Source: Macrostomum lignano (lineage: Eukaryota). Taken from it: a stretch of DNA of 58,622 bases. Below, in pieces: positions 11,432-25,474 of this stretch. Both the position numbers and the translations under genes were made by a program. The stretch lies in the NCBI GenBank assembly GCA_002269645.1, contig NIVC01004133.1:1-58622 (forward strand), given 5' to 3'. The notes under the pieces are model-generated. The model did no database searches, was not told where the DNA came from, and saw nothing but the letters and a program-made list of their open reading frames with translations. Numbering within the stretch: the first letter of the stretch is position 1; every line of letters starts with the position of its first letter.

Positions 11432-11955
11432 CAGGGGTTTGCAGCCTAGTAGGGGTTTGCAGCCTAGTAGGGGTTTGTAGCCTAGTAGGGGTTTGCAGCC
11501 TAGTAGGGGTTTGCAGTCTAGTAGGGGGTTGCAGTCTAGTAGGAGGTTGCAGTCTGGTAGGAGGTTGCAGTCTAGTAGGAGGTTGCAGTCTAGTAGGGGT
11601 TTGTAGTCTAGTAGGAGGTTGCAGTCTAGTATGGGTTTGTAGCCTAGTAGGGGGTTGCAGTCTAGTAGGAGGTTGCAGTCTAGTAGGAGGTTGCAGTCTA
11701 GTAGGAGGTTGCAGTCTAGTAGGAGGTTGCAGTCTAGTAGGGGGTTGCAGTCTAGTAGGGGTTTGTAGCCTAGTAGGGGGTTGCAGTCTAGTAGGGGTTT
11801 GTAGTCTAGTAGGGGGTTGCAGTCTAGTAGGGGGTTGCAGCCTAGTAGGGGGTTGCAGTCTAGTAGGGGGTTGCAGCCTAGTAGGGGGTTGCAGTCTAGT
11901 AGGGGGTTGCAGCCTAGTAGGGGGTTGCAGTCTAGTAGGAGGTTGCAGTCTAGTA
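11432..11955. repeat. 18-bp minisatellite (GGGGGTTGCAGTCTAGTA)n resembling the SINE B 5' end
   Basis: Unit matches GGGGGTTGTAGCCTAGTG, the first 18 nt of the adjacent SINE at 11956. Confidence 0.9.
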
Positions 11956-12210
11956 GGGGGTTGTAGCCTAGTGGTCAGAGCGTCGGACTCAAGATTTGAA
12001 GGTCGGGGATTCGATTCCAATCCCACTGGAACAATCTGTGTCCTTGAGCAAGACACTCAAGTCTGGATTGCTTCAGTTCACCCAGCTGTAAAATGGGTGC
12101 CAGAATTATCTGGAGTAATTGAGGGTGTGTGGCGACCCCCCAATCCTTGGACTGAACAGCGGTACGCTGATGTTATCAGCCGAAAACCTTACTATCGGAG
12201 GAGGCCTACG
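11956..12210 (+). mobile_element. tRNA-derived CORE-like SINE (family B)
   Basis: tRNA-like head, then GTGTCCTTGAGCAAGACACT...CCCAGCTGTAAAATGGG, which resembles the MIR/CORE domain. Homologous to 32450-32757. Confidence 0.8.
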
Positions 12211-12352
12211 CTCGTAAATGGTGAATATGTGCAGGGCCGGCTTCCAATCCAGGTCTTTAGCTGTAGAGGTCCGTGATCTAATATTTGTTCTCCGCTTCTT
12301 TTCGTGCCAACGGTGCACTGTCTATCAATTAATCAATAAATCAATGTTTCAG

Positions 12353-12451
12353 AGCACACCAGCCCAGCTCTGGAGGAATTTATGGAACTAATTGCTACTA
12401 AAGTTTCGTTGAAAAAATTCGACAAATTCAAAGGCGGTTTGGACTCGAAGT
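12353..12451 (+). CDS. SIPA1L: SIPA1L-like RapGAP domain exon (not in the ORF track)
   Basis: TTTCAG|AG acceptor, phase 1. Encodes (E)HTSPALEEFMELIATKVSLKKFDKFKGGLDSK. Donor T|GTGAGT. Confidence 0.9.
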
Positions 12452-12646
12452 GTGAGTATAAGACTTGGCGTGACGCAAATGTGGGATCGCTGCTCCTACA
12501 ATCGCTGTATACAGAGGGGTCTAGTTCTGAGCATATATGAGCGGGGATAAGGGCCGCAAATAATCTCCGACCCTTAGCAACACGGGGGGGTATATTAATC
12601 CTTTTGACTTCATTCTCTTTTTCTTCATCAGCGGCAGCAGAATGCT

Positions 12647-12677
<31 letters not shown>

Positions 12678-13169
12678 TGCGTCTCTCTCTCTCCAGCCGA
12701 CAAAGGAAAACGCGGGGGAGGGAGTGAGATTAAGGCGGGGCAAATGCAGGGCAGGTAAGAATGCGTGATGAGCTGAGAAAGGGTAGGAAGAGAGCTGAGT
12801 GGGGATTTTCGAATGCGGACTTGCGGTACGCGGGCGGGCATCTGCGTGTAGGGAAGAGAGCTCGGGGTGTTTCGGCGTGTCAGTTTTCTTCTCGCCCTGA
12901 TTTCAGCGGCGGCTGCTGTAAGACAGAAAGAGACGGTAAGGCAGGGATGCGGGGTACATAGAGGCTGAACGCTCGCTTCTCTATCTGCAGCCGCTTCTCC
13001 GCCCCAGTTTGCCGGTTTTGCTATTAACAGATTTCTAGCCTTGCTTTCGCATAGCTCTCCCCATTGCTTGCATGGGGAAATGTTTTGTACATTGCTTTGC
13101 TACATAAATTTTGCTATTGCGATAGTCTTTTGGGAAAGAGAGCTCTCTGCTCCGCTCTGCGCCATCTCT

Positions 13170-14055
13170 GTCTGTCTAATCTACTTGTCTCTGTGCCTGA
13201 TCTACCTGTCTGTGTTCCTGATCTACCTGTCTGTGTGCTTGATCTACCTGTCTGTGTTCCTGATCTACCTGTCTGTGTTCCTGATCTACCTGTCTGTGTT
13301 CCTGATCTACCTGTCTGTGTTCCTGATCTACCTGTCTGTGTGCCTGATCTACCTGTCTGTATGCCTGATCTACCTGTCTGTGTGCCTGATCTACCTGTCT
13401 GTGTGCCTGATCTACCTGTCTGTATGCCTGATCTACCTGTCTGTATGCCTGATCTACCTGTCTGTGTGCCTGATCTACCTGTCTGTGTGCCTGATCTACC
13501 TGTCTGTGTTCCTAATCTACCTGTCTGTATGCCTGATCTACCTGTCTGTGTTCCTGATCTACCTGTCTGTGTTCCTGATCTATCTGTCTGTGTTCCTGAT
13601 CTACCTGTCTGTGTGCCTGATCTACCTGTCTGTGTGCCTGATCTACCTGTCTGTGTTCCTAATCTACCTGTCTGTATGCCTGATCTACCTGTCTGTGTGC
13701 CTGATCTACCTGTCTGTGTTCCTGATCTACCTGTCTGTGTTCCTGATCTACCTGTCTGTGTTCCTGATCTACCTGTCTGTGTTCCTGATCTACCTGTCTG
13801 TGTTCCTGATCTACCTGTCTGTGTTCCTGATCTACCTGTCTGTGTGCCTGATCTACCTGTCTGTATGCCTGATCTACCTGTCTGTATGCCTGATCTACCT
13901 GTCTGTGTGCCTGATCTACCTGTCTGTGTGCCTGATCTACCTGTCTGTGTGCCTGATCTACCTGTCTGTGTTCCTGATCTACCTGTCTGTGTTCCTGATC
14001 TACCTGTCTGTGTGCCTGATCTACCTGTCTGTATGCCTGATCTACCTGCCTGTAT
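13170..14055. repeat. 21-bp minisatellite (CCTGATCTACCTGTCTGTGT/G)n
   Basis: Tandem array; intronic. Confidence 0.95.
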
Positions 14056-14649
14056 CTCTCATTTCGGCCCGTAACAGTGACTTCAAAGGATTATATGGGA
14101 ATGCCCTATCTGATGTAAATGTCGGGGATCAACGCAAAATAATAAGCTTACAAGCAGCGAGAAGTTTGGTTTTCGTTTTTTATTTAAAATCAAGTTACAA
14201 CCAAGATTTATAATATTAACACGAACAGGGAGGCAGATTTTTATGCCAAACTAATGAGCAGGAGATACCCGCGTGGCTCTCTAGAGAACAGTTAAAGTCA
14301 TAAATTAGTTGGCCTTATTGTCAAATTTGTACTTTTATTTACATATATAGAATCTCGGTCTGTTGCCGGCAGGAGATGGCCAAGTAATTATCGTGCAGTG
14401 GATAGCAGTTCCTCATTTTTGTCAGTTTTCTCTCTATGTACAGGTTTTATAATCCCGTGACAGGCTATGAGACGCTGTGCGCCTCTTTCCCAACCGGTTG
14501 CTTCTCCCAACTACAATCGTCTCCTAGCATTAGCATTGGGAAGGGTAGGAATTAATAAGCGCACTATTTTTCTATGCCGCCAATAACTTTTCCTAATGAT
14601 TTTTATTGATTATATAATGTAGCACTTGTATAAGCAAATGGAATTGGGC

Positions 14650-16540
14650 TCTACCCTCTCCCATGATCCTCTACCCTCTCCCATGTTCCTCTACCCTCTC
14701 CCGTGTTCCTCTACCCTCTCCCGTCTTCCTCTACCCTCTCCCGTGTTCCTCTACCCTCTCCCGTGTTCCTCTACCCTCTCCCGTGTTCCTCTATCCTCTC
14801 CCGTGTTCCTCTACCCTCTCCCGTGTTCCTCTATCCTCTCCCGTGTTCCTCTACCATCTCCCGTGTTGCTCTACCCTCTCCCTTGTTGCTCTACCCTCCC
14901 CCGTGTTGCTCTACCCTCTCCCGTGTTCCTCTACCCTCTCCTGTCTTCCTCTACCCTCTCCCGTGTTCATCTACCCTCTCCCGTGTTCCTCTACCCTCTC
15001 CTGTCTTCCTCTACCCTCTCCCGTGTTCCTCTACCCTCTCCTGTCTTCCTCTACCCTCTCCCGTGTTCATCTACCCTCTCCCTTGTTGCTCTACCCTCTC
15101 CTACCTTCCTCTACCCTTTCCCTTGTTCCTCTACCCTCTCCCGTGTTCCTCTACCCTCTCCCGTGTTGCTCTACCCTCTCCCATGTTCCTCTACCCTCTC
15201 CCGTGTTCCCCTACCCTCTCCCATCTTCCTCTATCCTCTCCCGTGTTCCTCTACCCTCTCCCATGTTCCTCTACCCTCTCCCGTGTTGCTCTACCCTCTC
15301 CCTTGTTGCTCTACCCTCTCCCGTCTTCCTCTACCCCTCCCGTGTTCCTCTACCCTTTCCCGTGTTCCTCTACCCTCTCCCGTGTTCCTCTACCCTTTCC
15401 CGTGTTGCTCTACCCTCTCCCTTGTTGCTATACCCTCTCCCGTCTTCCTCTACCCCTCCCGTGTTCCTCTACCCTCTCCCGTGTTCCTCTACCCTTTCCC
15501 TTGTTGCTCTACCCTCTCCCGTGTTCCTCTACCCTCTCCCTTGTTGCTCTACCCTCTCCCTTGTTGCTCTACCCTCTCCCGTCTTCCTCTACCCTCTCCC
15601 GTCTTCCTCTACCCCTCCCGTGTTCCTCTACCCTCTCCCTTGTTCCTCTACCCTCTCCCGTGTTCCTCTACCCTCTCCCGTGTTCCTCTACCCTCTCCCT
15701 TGTTCCTCTACCCTCTCCCGTGTTCCTCTACCCTCTCCCGTGTTCCTCTACCCTTTCCCGTCTTCCTCTGCCCTCTACTGCTTTCCTGTTCCCTCTCCTG
15801 TGTTCCTCTACCCTCTCCCGTGTTCCTCTACCCTCCCCCGTGTTCCTCTACCCTCTCCCGTGTTGCTCTACCCTCTCCCGTGTTCCTCTACCCTCTCCCG
15901 TGTTGCTCTACCCTCTCCCGTATTCTCTACCCTTTCCCGTGTTCCTCTACCCTCTCCCGTCTTCCTCTACCCTCTCCCGTGTTCCTCTACCCTCTCCCGT
16001 GTTCCTCTACCCTCTCCCGTGTTCCTCTATCCTCTCCCGTGTTCCTCTACCCTCTCCCGTGTTCCTCTATCCTCTCCCGTGTTCCTCTACCATCTCCCGT
16101 GTTGCTCTACCCTCTCCCTTGTTGCTCTACCCTCCCCCGTGTTGCTCTACCCTCTCCCGTGTTCCTCTACCCTCTCCCGTCTTCCTCTACCCTCTCCCGT
16201 GTTCCTCTACCCTCTCCCGTGTTCCTCTACCCTCTCCCGTCTTCCTCTACCCTCTCCCGTGTTCCTCTACCCTCTCCCGTGTTCCTCTACCCTCTCCCGT
16301 CTTCCTCTACCCTTTCCCGTGTTCCTCTACCCTTTCCCGTCTTCCTCTGCCCTATACTGCTTTCCTGTTCCCTCTCCTGTGTTCCTCTACCCTCTCCCTT
16401 GTTCCTCTACCCTCTCCCGTGTTCCTCTACCCTCCCCCGTGTTCCTCTACCCTCTACTGTTTTCCTGTACCCTCCTGTCTTTTTACCCTCTACCGTCTTC
16501 ATTTGCCCTCTCCCACCTTCCTCTACCCTCTCCTGCCTTC
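14650..16540. repeat. 20-bp pyrimidine-rich minisatellite (CCGTGTTCCTCTACCCTCTC)n
   Basis: ~1.9-kb tandem array ending ~50 bp before the exon at 16590. Confidence 0.95.
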
Positions 16541-16589
16541 CACTTTACTCTCTACACTGAACTGTCACACCAAACCGTCACACCTGCAG

Positions 16590-16980
16590 GCACAGGCGAT
16601 TACACCTATTATACTACTATGGGCGACTGCGAGCTGGTATTCCACGTGTCCACCATGCTGCCCTATTCAAATACTAACCGTCAGCAGCTGCTGCGCAAGA
16701 AGCACATCGGTAACGATATCGTTACTATAGTGTTCCAGGAGCCGGGGGCTCTGGCGTTCTCTCCTAGGACGGTTCGCAGCCAGTTCCAGCACGTGTTCAT
16801 TGTGGTCCGGGCGCACAACCCCTGCACTAAGAAGCTCTACTATTCGGTGGCCGTAGCCCGCTCGGAGGAGATGCCGGCGTTTGGGCCACCGTTCTCAGCC
16901 GGGCACCAGTTCGCCAGGGAGCCAGCGTTCAGGGAGTTCCTCCTGCGCAAGATCATCAACGGGGAGAACGCCGCGTTCAG
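16590..16980 (+). CDS. SIPA1L: SIPA1L-like RapGAP catalytic exon
   Basis: [27 protein letters not shown] (catalytic Asn thumb), [29 protein letters not shown]. Acceptor CTGCAG| and donor AG|GTGACT. Confidence 0.95.
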
Positions 16981-16999
16981 GTGACTTGGAGTCGGGAAC

Positions 17000-17027
17000 T
17001 AAGACAGACAGACAGAGGAGTACAGAA

Positions 17028-17094
<67 letters not shown>

Positions 17095-17145
17095 GGCAGG
17101 CAGGCAGACAGACAGACAGACAGACAGACAGACAGGCAGGCAGGC

Positions 17146-17182
<37 letters not shown>

Positions 17183-17239
17183 GCCAGGCAGACAGACAGA
17201 CAGACAGACAGACAGACAGGCAGGCAGGCAGAGGAGTAC

Positions 17240-17278
<39 letters not shown>

Positions 17279-17341
17279 GGCAGGCAGGCAGGAAGGCAGG
17301 CAGGCATGCAGGCAGAGGAGTACAGAGACAGACAGACAGAC

Positions 17342-17386
<45 letters not shown>

Positions 17387-17415
17387 GGCAGGCAGGCAGG
17401 CAGGCAGAGGAGTAC

Positions 17416-17483
<68 letters not shown>

Positions 17484-17491
17484 AGGAGTAC

Positions 17492-17563
<72 letters not shown>

Positions 17564-17645
17564 AGGAGTACAGAGACAGACAGGCAAACAGACAGACAGA
17601 CAGACAGACAGGCAGGCAGACAGACAGACAGACGCAGACAGACAC
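17000..17645. repeat. (GACA/GGCA)n microsatellite with interspersed GAGGAGTACAGA units
   Basis: Simple repeat; intronic. Confidence 0.95.
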
Positions 17646-17798
17646 GGAACAGACAAAGCAACACACTGCCAAGGTAATCACAAAACTTGCAGACCAACAA
17701 ACAGATACAAAGCACACCAACAAAACAGACTAATACATAGGCTACTGACCAGTGCCAGTGGGCTTGACGCCATCCTCCCCTTCCCTGACATGCCTCAG

Positions 17799-18096
17799 GT
17801 CAGAGAAGTTCTGCCAGATGCAGAAACGCACCCGTGAGGACCGGCTCAAGGAGCTGGCTGAATCGCATTCCGCCGCCGCCACTATCGACATAAAATCGAC
17901 GCGCTCTCTGCTTGGCAGCGGCCGGCGTCGCAGCTCCAAGTCGCTGACTGCCAGCAACGACGCCGTCAACCGACTGGTTGTTGAACTCAATGAAGCTTTG
18001 AGATTCGAAGTCACCCTGACCGAGCCTAACAATAGAGAGATGCGCTGCGACCTGCTTATTGGCCGCACTTACCTGGCCCTGCAGTACGGACAACAG
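17799..18096 (+). CDS. SIPA1L: SIPA1L-like exon (end of RapGAP domain)
   Basis: CTCAG|G, phase 2 compatible. Encodes SEKFCQMQKRTREDRLKELAE...ALQYGQQ. Donor CAG|GTGAGG. Confidence 0.9.
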
Positions 18097-18156
18097 GTGA
18101 GGATTATGTTTTGTTTATAATTGCCCATTGGTTTATATTTTCTTTAAAAGTATTTA

Positions 18157-18540
18157 CCCGATGAGAATCTCATGAGAACCACCCGATGAGAACCGCCCCA
18201 TCACCAATGAGAATCGCCCCATCACCAACAAGAATCGCCCCATCACCAACAAGAATCGCCCCATCACCAATGAGAATCGCCCCATCACCAATGAGAATCG
18301 CCCCATCACCAATGAGAATCGCCCCATCACCAATGAGAATCGCCCCATCACCAACAAGAATCGCCCCATCACCAACAAGAATCGCCCCATCACCAACAAG
18401 AATCGCCCCATCACCAACAAGAATCGCCCCATCACCAACAAGAATCGCCCCATCACCAATGAGAATCGCCCCATCACCAATGAGAATCGCCCCATCACCA
18501 ATGAGAATCGCCCCATCACCAATGAGAACCGCCCCATTCC
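18157..18540. repeat. 21-bp minisatellite (AATGAGAATCGCCCCATCACC)n
   Basis: Tandem array; intronic. Confidence 0.95.
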
Positions 18541-18612
18541 GAATCGCCCTTTAGCCTAAGTCTGTTCCCAAAGCCAGCAGTTGCTATACCCGGCCAATTG
18601 GCCAATCCCCAG

Positions 18613-19217
18613 GTGCTGCTATCGATCCCGACCGGCTGCCTGCTGTCGTGGCGCACAGGCCAGGCGGGAGAGCTCACTGTGTATTACAATCGCGGCGAGC
18701 TGCTCCGCATGCGCTGCTCAACCGAAACCGCCTGCCAGTTGGCGGCCCGCCGCCTGGCCTGGCTTGGCGAACAGGAAACCCCCGGCGCTTGCCAGGCCAT
18801 CGAAGTCACGGTGCACCGCGTCACGGCCTACGAGGCCAGCCTGAGCTTTGGCGTACAAGCCGACGCTTTCTACGTCCGCTCTGTGGACTCGGCCGCCCTG
18901 CCGGACGTGGCTAAAAACTCTCGTTTAGTAGAATTGTGCGGCGTGCCGATCTGCGCCATGCCGGAGGCGCGCGTATTCAACCTGTTGCAGACCGAGGCCC
19001 AGTTGGCACTCGTGCTGGTGCCGCCAACTTCAAAAGGCGCCGTCCGTTGTTCGCAGGAGTTGCGCGATATTTTCCTGACTAATCGAGCGCACGCTCTGTT
19101 CTGCCCAGCCGGGGCTGCCGGCAGCGGACAGGGCAGCCCGGAGGTCGGCCCGGACCATGGCGACTGTCGCTTCCTGGATGCGTCTCTGCTGCGCAGCGGA
19201 GAAGCCGCGGTTTCCGG
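18613..19217 (+). CDS. SIPA1L: SIPA1L-like exon containing the PDZ domain
   Basis: CCCCAG|GTG, phase 0. LSFGVQAD...SRLVELCGVPI...VFNLLQTEAQLALVLVPP parallels the SIPA1L PDZ (GSRLVEIC...VVIIPP). Donor GG|GTGAGA. Confidence 0.9.
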
Positions 19218-19317
19218 GTGAGAAATTCTTTTCTTTTCCACTCAGGCAGATTCAATCCTCATTTGCCCTGTGGATATTTTCCCTTTGTTCATTCATCCGC
19301 CAACCGGGTGGTATAAC

Positions 19318-19770
19318 CGGGTTCCCCTGCTGTTTGTGCCATGAGCAGCCTCGGGTTCCCCTCCATGTTTGTGCCATGAGCAGCCTCGGGTTCCCCTGCT
19401 GTTTGTGCCATGAGCAGCCTCGGGTTCCCCCCATGTTTGTTCCATGAGCAGCCTCGGGTTTCCCTACGGTTTGTGCCATGAGCAGCCTCGGGTTCCCCTG
19501 CTGTTTGTGCCATGAGCAGCCTCGGGTTCCCCTCCATGTTTGTGCTATGAGCAGCCTCGGGTTCCCCTCCATGTTTGTGCTATGAGCAGCCTCGGGTTCC
19601 CCTGCTGTTTGTGCCATGAGCAGCCTCGGGTTCCCCATCCATGTTTGTGCTATGAGCAGCCTCGGGTTCCCCTGCTGTTTGTGCCATGAGCAGCCTCGGG
19701 TTCCCCTGCTGTTTGTGCCATGAGCAGCCTCGGGTTCCCCTGCTGTTTGTGCCATGAGCAGCCTCGGGTT
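19318..19770. repeat. 33-bp minisatellite (GGGTTCCCCTGCTGTTTGTGCCATGAGCAGCCT)n
   Basis: Tandem array; intronic. Confidence 0.95.
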
Positions 19771-20167
19771 TGTCCCCGTTTTTATCTAATAATAAGATTA
19801 TGAATAATGAATATCCTCTTTTTTGTATGGCATTGATTTGTAAGGCATTGAGGCTTTCTCGGTGCAGGATGCATCGGTGCTATGCCTAGGCTATTGTATT
19901 TGTTTAACAGAGCATGCAGGCAGGTGCCTCCTGCCAGTTGAAAACTCGTTTTGCATGACAAAACAGTGATCTGCATCTGCCTACGGGTTTTGGTTGAATG
20001 GCATTTCTTAATTGCTGTCCGGTCCATGATTTTTGCAGAGCAGCTCAAATTCTAGCTTAGAACTTCCAGTGTCACTACTTTAAGTAGCAGTGTTTGCGAC
20101 AAAAACCGATGTTTTTTGCGAGCTGTTTTCCTTGCATCATAAAGGTCTAATAAAAAACAGAGTTATC

Positions 20168-20480
20168 TCCCAGACTCCGGCCCTTCATCTGCCGGGACCT
20201 CATCCTCCCAGACTGGTTCTTCATCTGCCGGCTCCTCATCCTCCCAGACTCCGGCCCTTCATCTGGCTAGCACCTCATCCTCCCAGCCTCGGGCCCTTCA
20301 TCTGGCTAGCACCTTCTCCTCCCAGACTCCGGCCCTTCATCTGGCTAGCACCTCATCCTCCCAGCCTCCGGCCCTTCATCTGGCTAGCACCTCATCCTCC
20401 CAGCCTCCGGCCCTTCATCTGGCTAGCACCTCATCCTCCCAGACTTCGACCCTTCATCTGGCCGGCACCTCATCCTCCAA
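20168..20480. repeat. ~36-39 bp minisatellite (CTCCCAGACTCCGGCCCTTCATCTGGCTAGCACCTCATC)n
   Basis: Tandem array just upstream of the last SIPA1L exon. Confidence 0.9.
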
Positions 20481-20526
20481 GCCTCCAATTCTTCTGCATC
20501 TCATTTAGTCGCCTATCTCACTGCAG

Positions 20527-20947
20527 CGGCTCTCCTATTCGAGCGCCGCCTACTCAGCAACAGCCGCATCAAGCGGCCAACACACAGGACAAGCTGAAGC
20601 GCCTCATCAACAATGAGATTAGCGAAGATCAGTTGCGTCGCGAAGACGACTGGAGCCAGCTGGTCCGCAGCGCCAACCAGTTCGCCGCGGCCGCCGCCAA
20701 CTCAACCACTTCCTCTTCTAGTGGTCGCGGGACAGCGCAGAAGCAGCAGCCACGGTGCGGCCGCTGCCAGCAGCTCGAGGAGCAGCTCCGCGCCAGCGAG
20801 GCGGAGCGTCAGGCGCTGAAGCGTCGGCTAGTTGAATCGGCCGACGAGATTGAACGACTTCGGGCCCAAACAATGGAGGCAAAACAGGGCCTGATTCAGT
20901 TTACTGAGAAATTCTTCACTAGCATGGACACTCAGACTACATTGTGA
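20527..20947 (+). CDS. SIPA1L: SIPA1L-like terminal exon with C-terminal coiled coil
   Basis: CTGCAG|C, phase 2 matches the previous donor. QLEEQLRASEAERQALKRRL...LIQFTEKFF resembles the SIPA1L C-terminal ..KFTEW.F motif. Stop TGA at 20945-20947. Confidence 0.85.
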
Positions 20948-21089
20948 CCGTTGGATAGTTGTGCATGATCTCAGTCTATTTCGATTGTCAATATGCCCTG
21001 TTCTTCGGTTTCAACTTGTCTAATTTAGTGTGCTACATAAAGGTAGTAAAATCCTCAGTTTTCCTAAGGTTTGCAATTCACAGCCATAA

Positions 21090-21230
21090 GGGCCAACCCC
21101 CCCCCCTAGGCACAAAAAATGTACATGCCTGACGATTAGAAAGTCAGTGCCGTTGTGCACCCTGTGTGAGCGTGTGTACACTATTGTCGCGCTTGTATGT
21201 ACTGAGGAGTGTCAGCGTACACTGGCAGAA
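21090..21230 (+). mobile_element. Internal fragment of SINE family A
   Basis: CCAACCCCCC..GTACATGCCT.ACGAT...CCTGTGTGAG.GTGTG...GCGCTTGTATG matches 5980-6095. Confidence 0.7.
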
Positions 21231-21604
21231 TTGCCGTCAGTGCTAGTTGCGGTTGCATCTGTAGTGCACGTCTCCCCGGTTAGGCAAATAGCAATGCAAC
21301 AATTACAGGCGACCAACAGGTGTTTCTAAAGAGTTGCTAGCTGAGTTTAGAGCCCCATCCAGACTGGAAGCTGCCCCACTGCATTTCTGCAGGCATGCGG
21401 AACATTTTTTTGTTAAATTCTTGCGTTGAACTCTTGTTTAAATCCGATGAACCGGTTCTTAGTAGTTAACTCCCTTCTCGACACCAGTCCAACTGTGTTT
21501 TCAGTGGTCCATGCTGCGCATGCTAAAATGCAAGTTCTTTTTGTTGTACTACTGTATAGTGCGTCACTGCTTTCACAATCTGCAATTTCATTGTGCTAAT
21601 CCGG

Positions 21605-21965
21605 CCGCTCTACTATCCTCTACCCACTACTATCCACCTCCCGCTCTACTATCCACCACCCGCTCTACTATCCACCACCCGCTCTACTATCCGCCTCCCG
21701 CTCTACTATCCACCTCCCGCTCTACTATCCACCTCCCGCTCTACTATCCACCTCCCGCTCTACTATCCACCACCCGCTCTACTATCCACCTCCCGCTCTA
21801 CTATCCACCTCCCGCTCTACTATCCACCTCCCGCTCTACTATCCACCTCCCGCTCTACTATCCACCACCCGCTCTACTATCCACCTCCCGCTCTACTATC
21901 CACCTCCCGCTCTACTATCCACCACCCGCTCTACTATCCACCTCCCGCTCTACTATCCACCTCCC
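21605..21965. repeat. 19-bp minisatellite (CCCGCTCTACTATCCACCT)n
   Basis: Tandem array. Confidence 0.9.
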
Positions 21966-22489
21966 TCCATACATCTCTCCACCTGCTGGCATTCCGGTCT
22001 AAAGCTGTGTTCATAGTTTTCTGTCTGTCTGAATTCTTGTCGCTTATAAAATTAATGCCATTATTCCAAATGTATGTGCATATAGTTTTTATATTTAATA
22101 ATCTGGATTAATCTCATAGTGCGTACTATTTAACTGTTGGTTCTTCATTTGCTGCTATGTCTAAGTATTTTTATTTTTTCCCGCGAATATGTTTCCCTTG
22201 TTGGCGTTTGTCAAGGTGTAATCTCAGAGCGCGTCTCAGTCCTGTTTTTTTGTTTTGTCAATTTTTCAAACGTTTTGCTTGGCAAATTTACGCTTGTAAT
22301 TAGTGCGCTTATTGTGTATTGTGTACGGTAGTTTAGCTGACTTCTGTCTTGTCTGCCTGCTGATCTGCACTAATCTCTCATCCCTGCATCTCTTTTCTTC
22401 TCGTTGCATTTCTCTTCTCTCCATACAATTCCTCTCCGTACACCTCTCTTCCTCTATGCTTTTTTTCTTTGTTTGTCCCCCCTCCCTAC

Positions 22490-22760
22490 ACCTCTCTCCT
22501 CCCAAAATCTCTCCCCTTCCTACATCTCTCCCCTTCCCACATCTCTCCCCTTCTCACATCTCTCCCCTTCCCACATATCTCCCCTTCTCACATCTCTCCC
22601 CTTCCCACATCTCTCCCCTTCCCACATCTCTCCCCTTCCCACGTCTCTCCCCTTCCCACATCTCTCCCCTTCCCACATTTCTCCCCTTCCCACATTTCTC
22701 CCCTTCCCACATCTCTCCCCTTCCCACATCTCTCCCCTTCCCACATCTCTCCCTCAAGTC
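22490..22760. repeat. 17-bp minisatellite (CCACATCTCTCCCCTTC)n
   Basis: Tandem array within a CT-rich zone. Confidence 0.9.
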
Positions 22761-23485
22761 CCCTTCCTAAATCTCTCATCCCATATCTCTTACATCACTC
22801 CCCTCCCTACAATATCTCCTCTTCCTACATTTCCCCTCAGCTACATCTCTCTCCTGTCCCTTCATCTCTCTCTTCCCCACCTCCTCTTCCTATATCTCTC
22901 CTCCCTTCATCTCTACATTTCTCTTCTCCTTTCATCTCCTCCTTCCTTGCATCTCTTCTCCCAACCGACATCTCTAGCTCCCTGCATCTATATCCGCCTA
23001 TTTGTCTTCAATTTGCGCTCAATCGGCATATCATAATTATTTATAATCATAATCCTATCAATCATTCCCCAGAGTCTCCTTCGCGCTGTGCTTAACTAGC
23101 TAGTTCCGTGTCCGTACTGTGCCCTAAATTTGTCTCCATATAAAGTGTTTTAGCCTGCTTAGAATTTGAGCTGCATTGAGCGTCCGAAATTAATTTAATT
23201 CTTGATTTGTTTACTCAAAGTTATTAGTCGGTGTAATGCACTACTCATGAATTGGCGCGTCTGTAGTATGAGAGCGCTTGAAAATAAAATACTCCACCAC
23301 CTGCTCAGAGTATAGGCAGTCCTGATTTGCACCTGGCTGTAAGGTACACAGTACAATTAATTGGTATCGATACATTGGTTTTAATTATTGTTTTTGTCAA
23401 GTTGAGTCTATTAAAGTACACTTGAGCGGAGGCGTTTAAATATTAAATAGTTTTGCTCACTGACTGATAGACATTTTGAGACTAT

Positions 23486-25170
<1,685 letters not shown>

Positions 25171-25474
25171 ATCTATTTTTGCTTGCACCTACTTCAGTAT
25201 CTCTCCCTTCTATCTCACTAGTGGATCGCAGTGCTCACTGAGGGTTCTATCACAGCAAGTAAGGCTGTCCTAGATACTGAGCAATCATGTCTAAAAGCTA
25301 GATTGGCGTTGTACCGTCACTGCAGGCAATGGGGCCAGAACTGAAGCATTGTGCTGCTCATCTTGCAAACAGATGTCAAAGCCAAGTGTTGCTGCTTACA
25401 GCTTTGCAGCAATAAATTGGCAAAAAGTTTCCCACTGTAAAGCAAACAAGTCATTAGCGAAAATTCTATAATCG

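Noticed and set aside
13041-17837. Long ORFs (390, 336, 644, 773, 675, 318 aa and others)
   Set aside because: Translations of intronic minisatellites. Only 16590-16980 of the 773-aa ORF is a real exon, bounded by splice sites.
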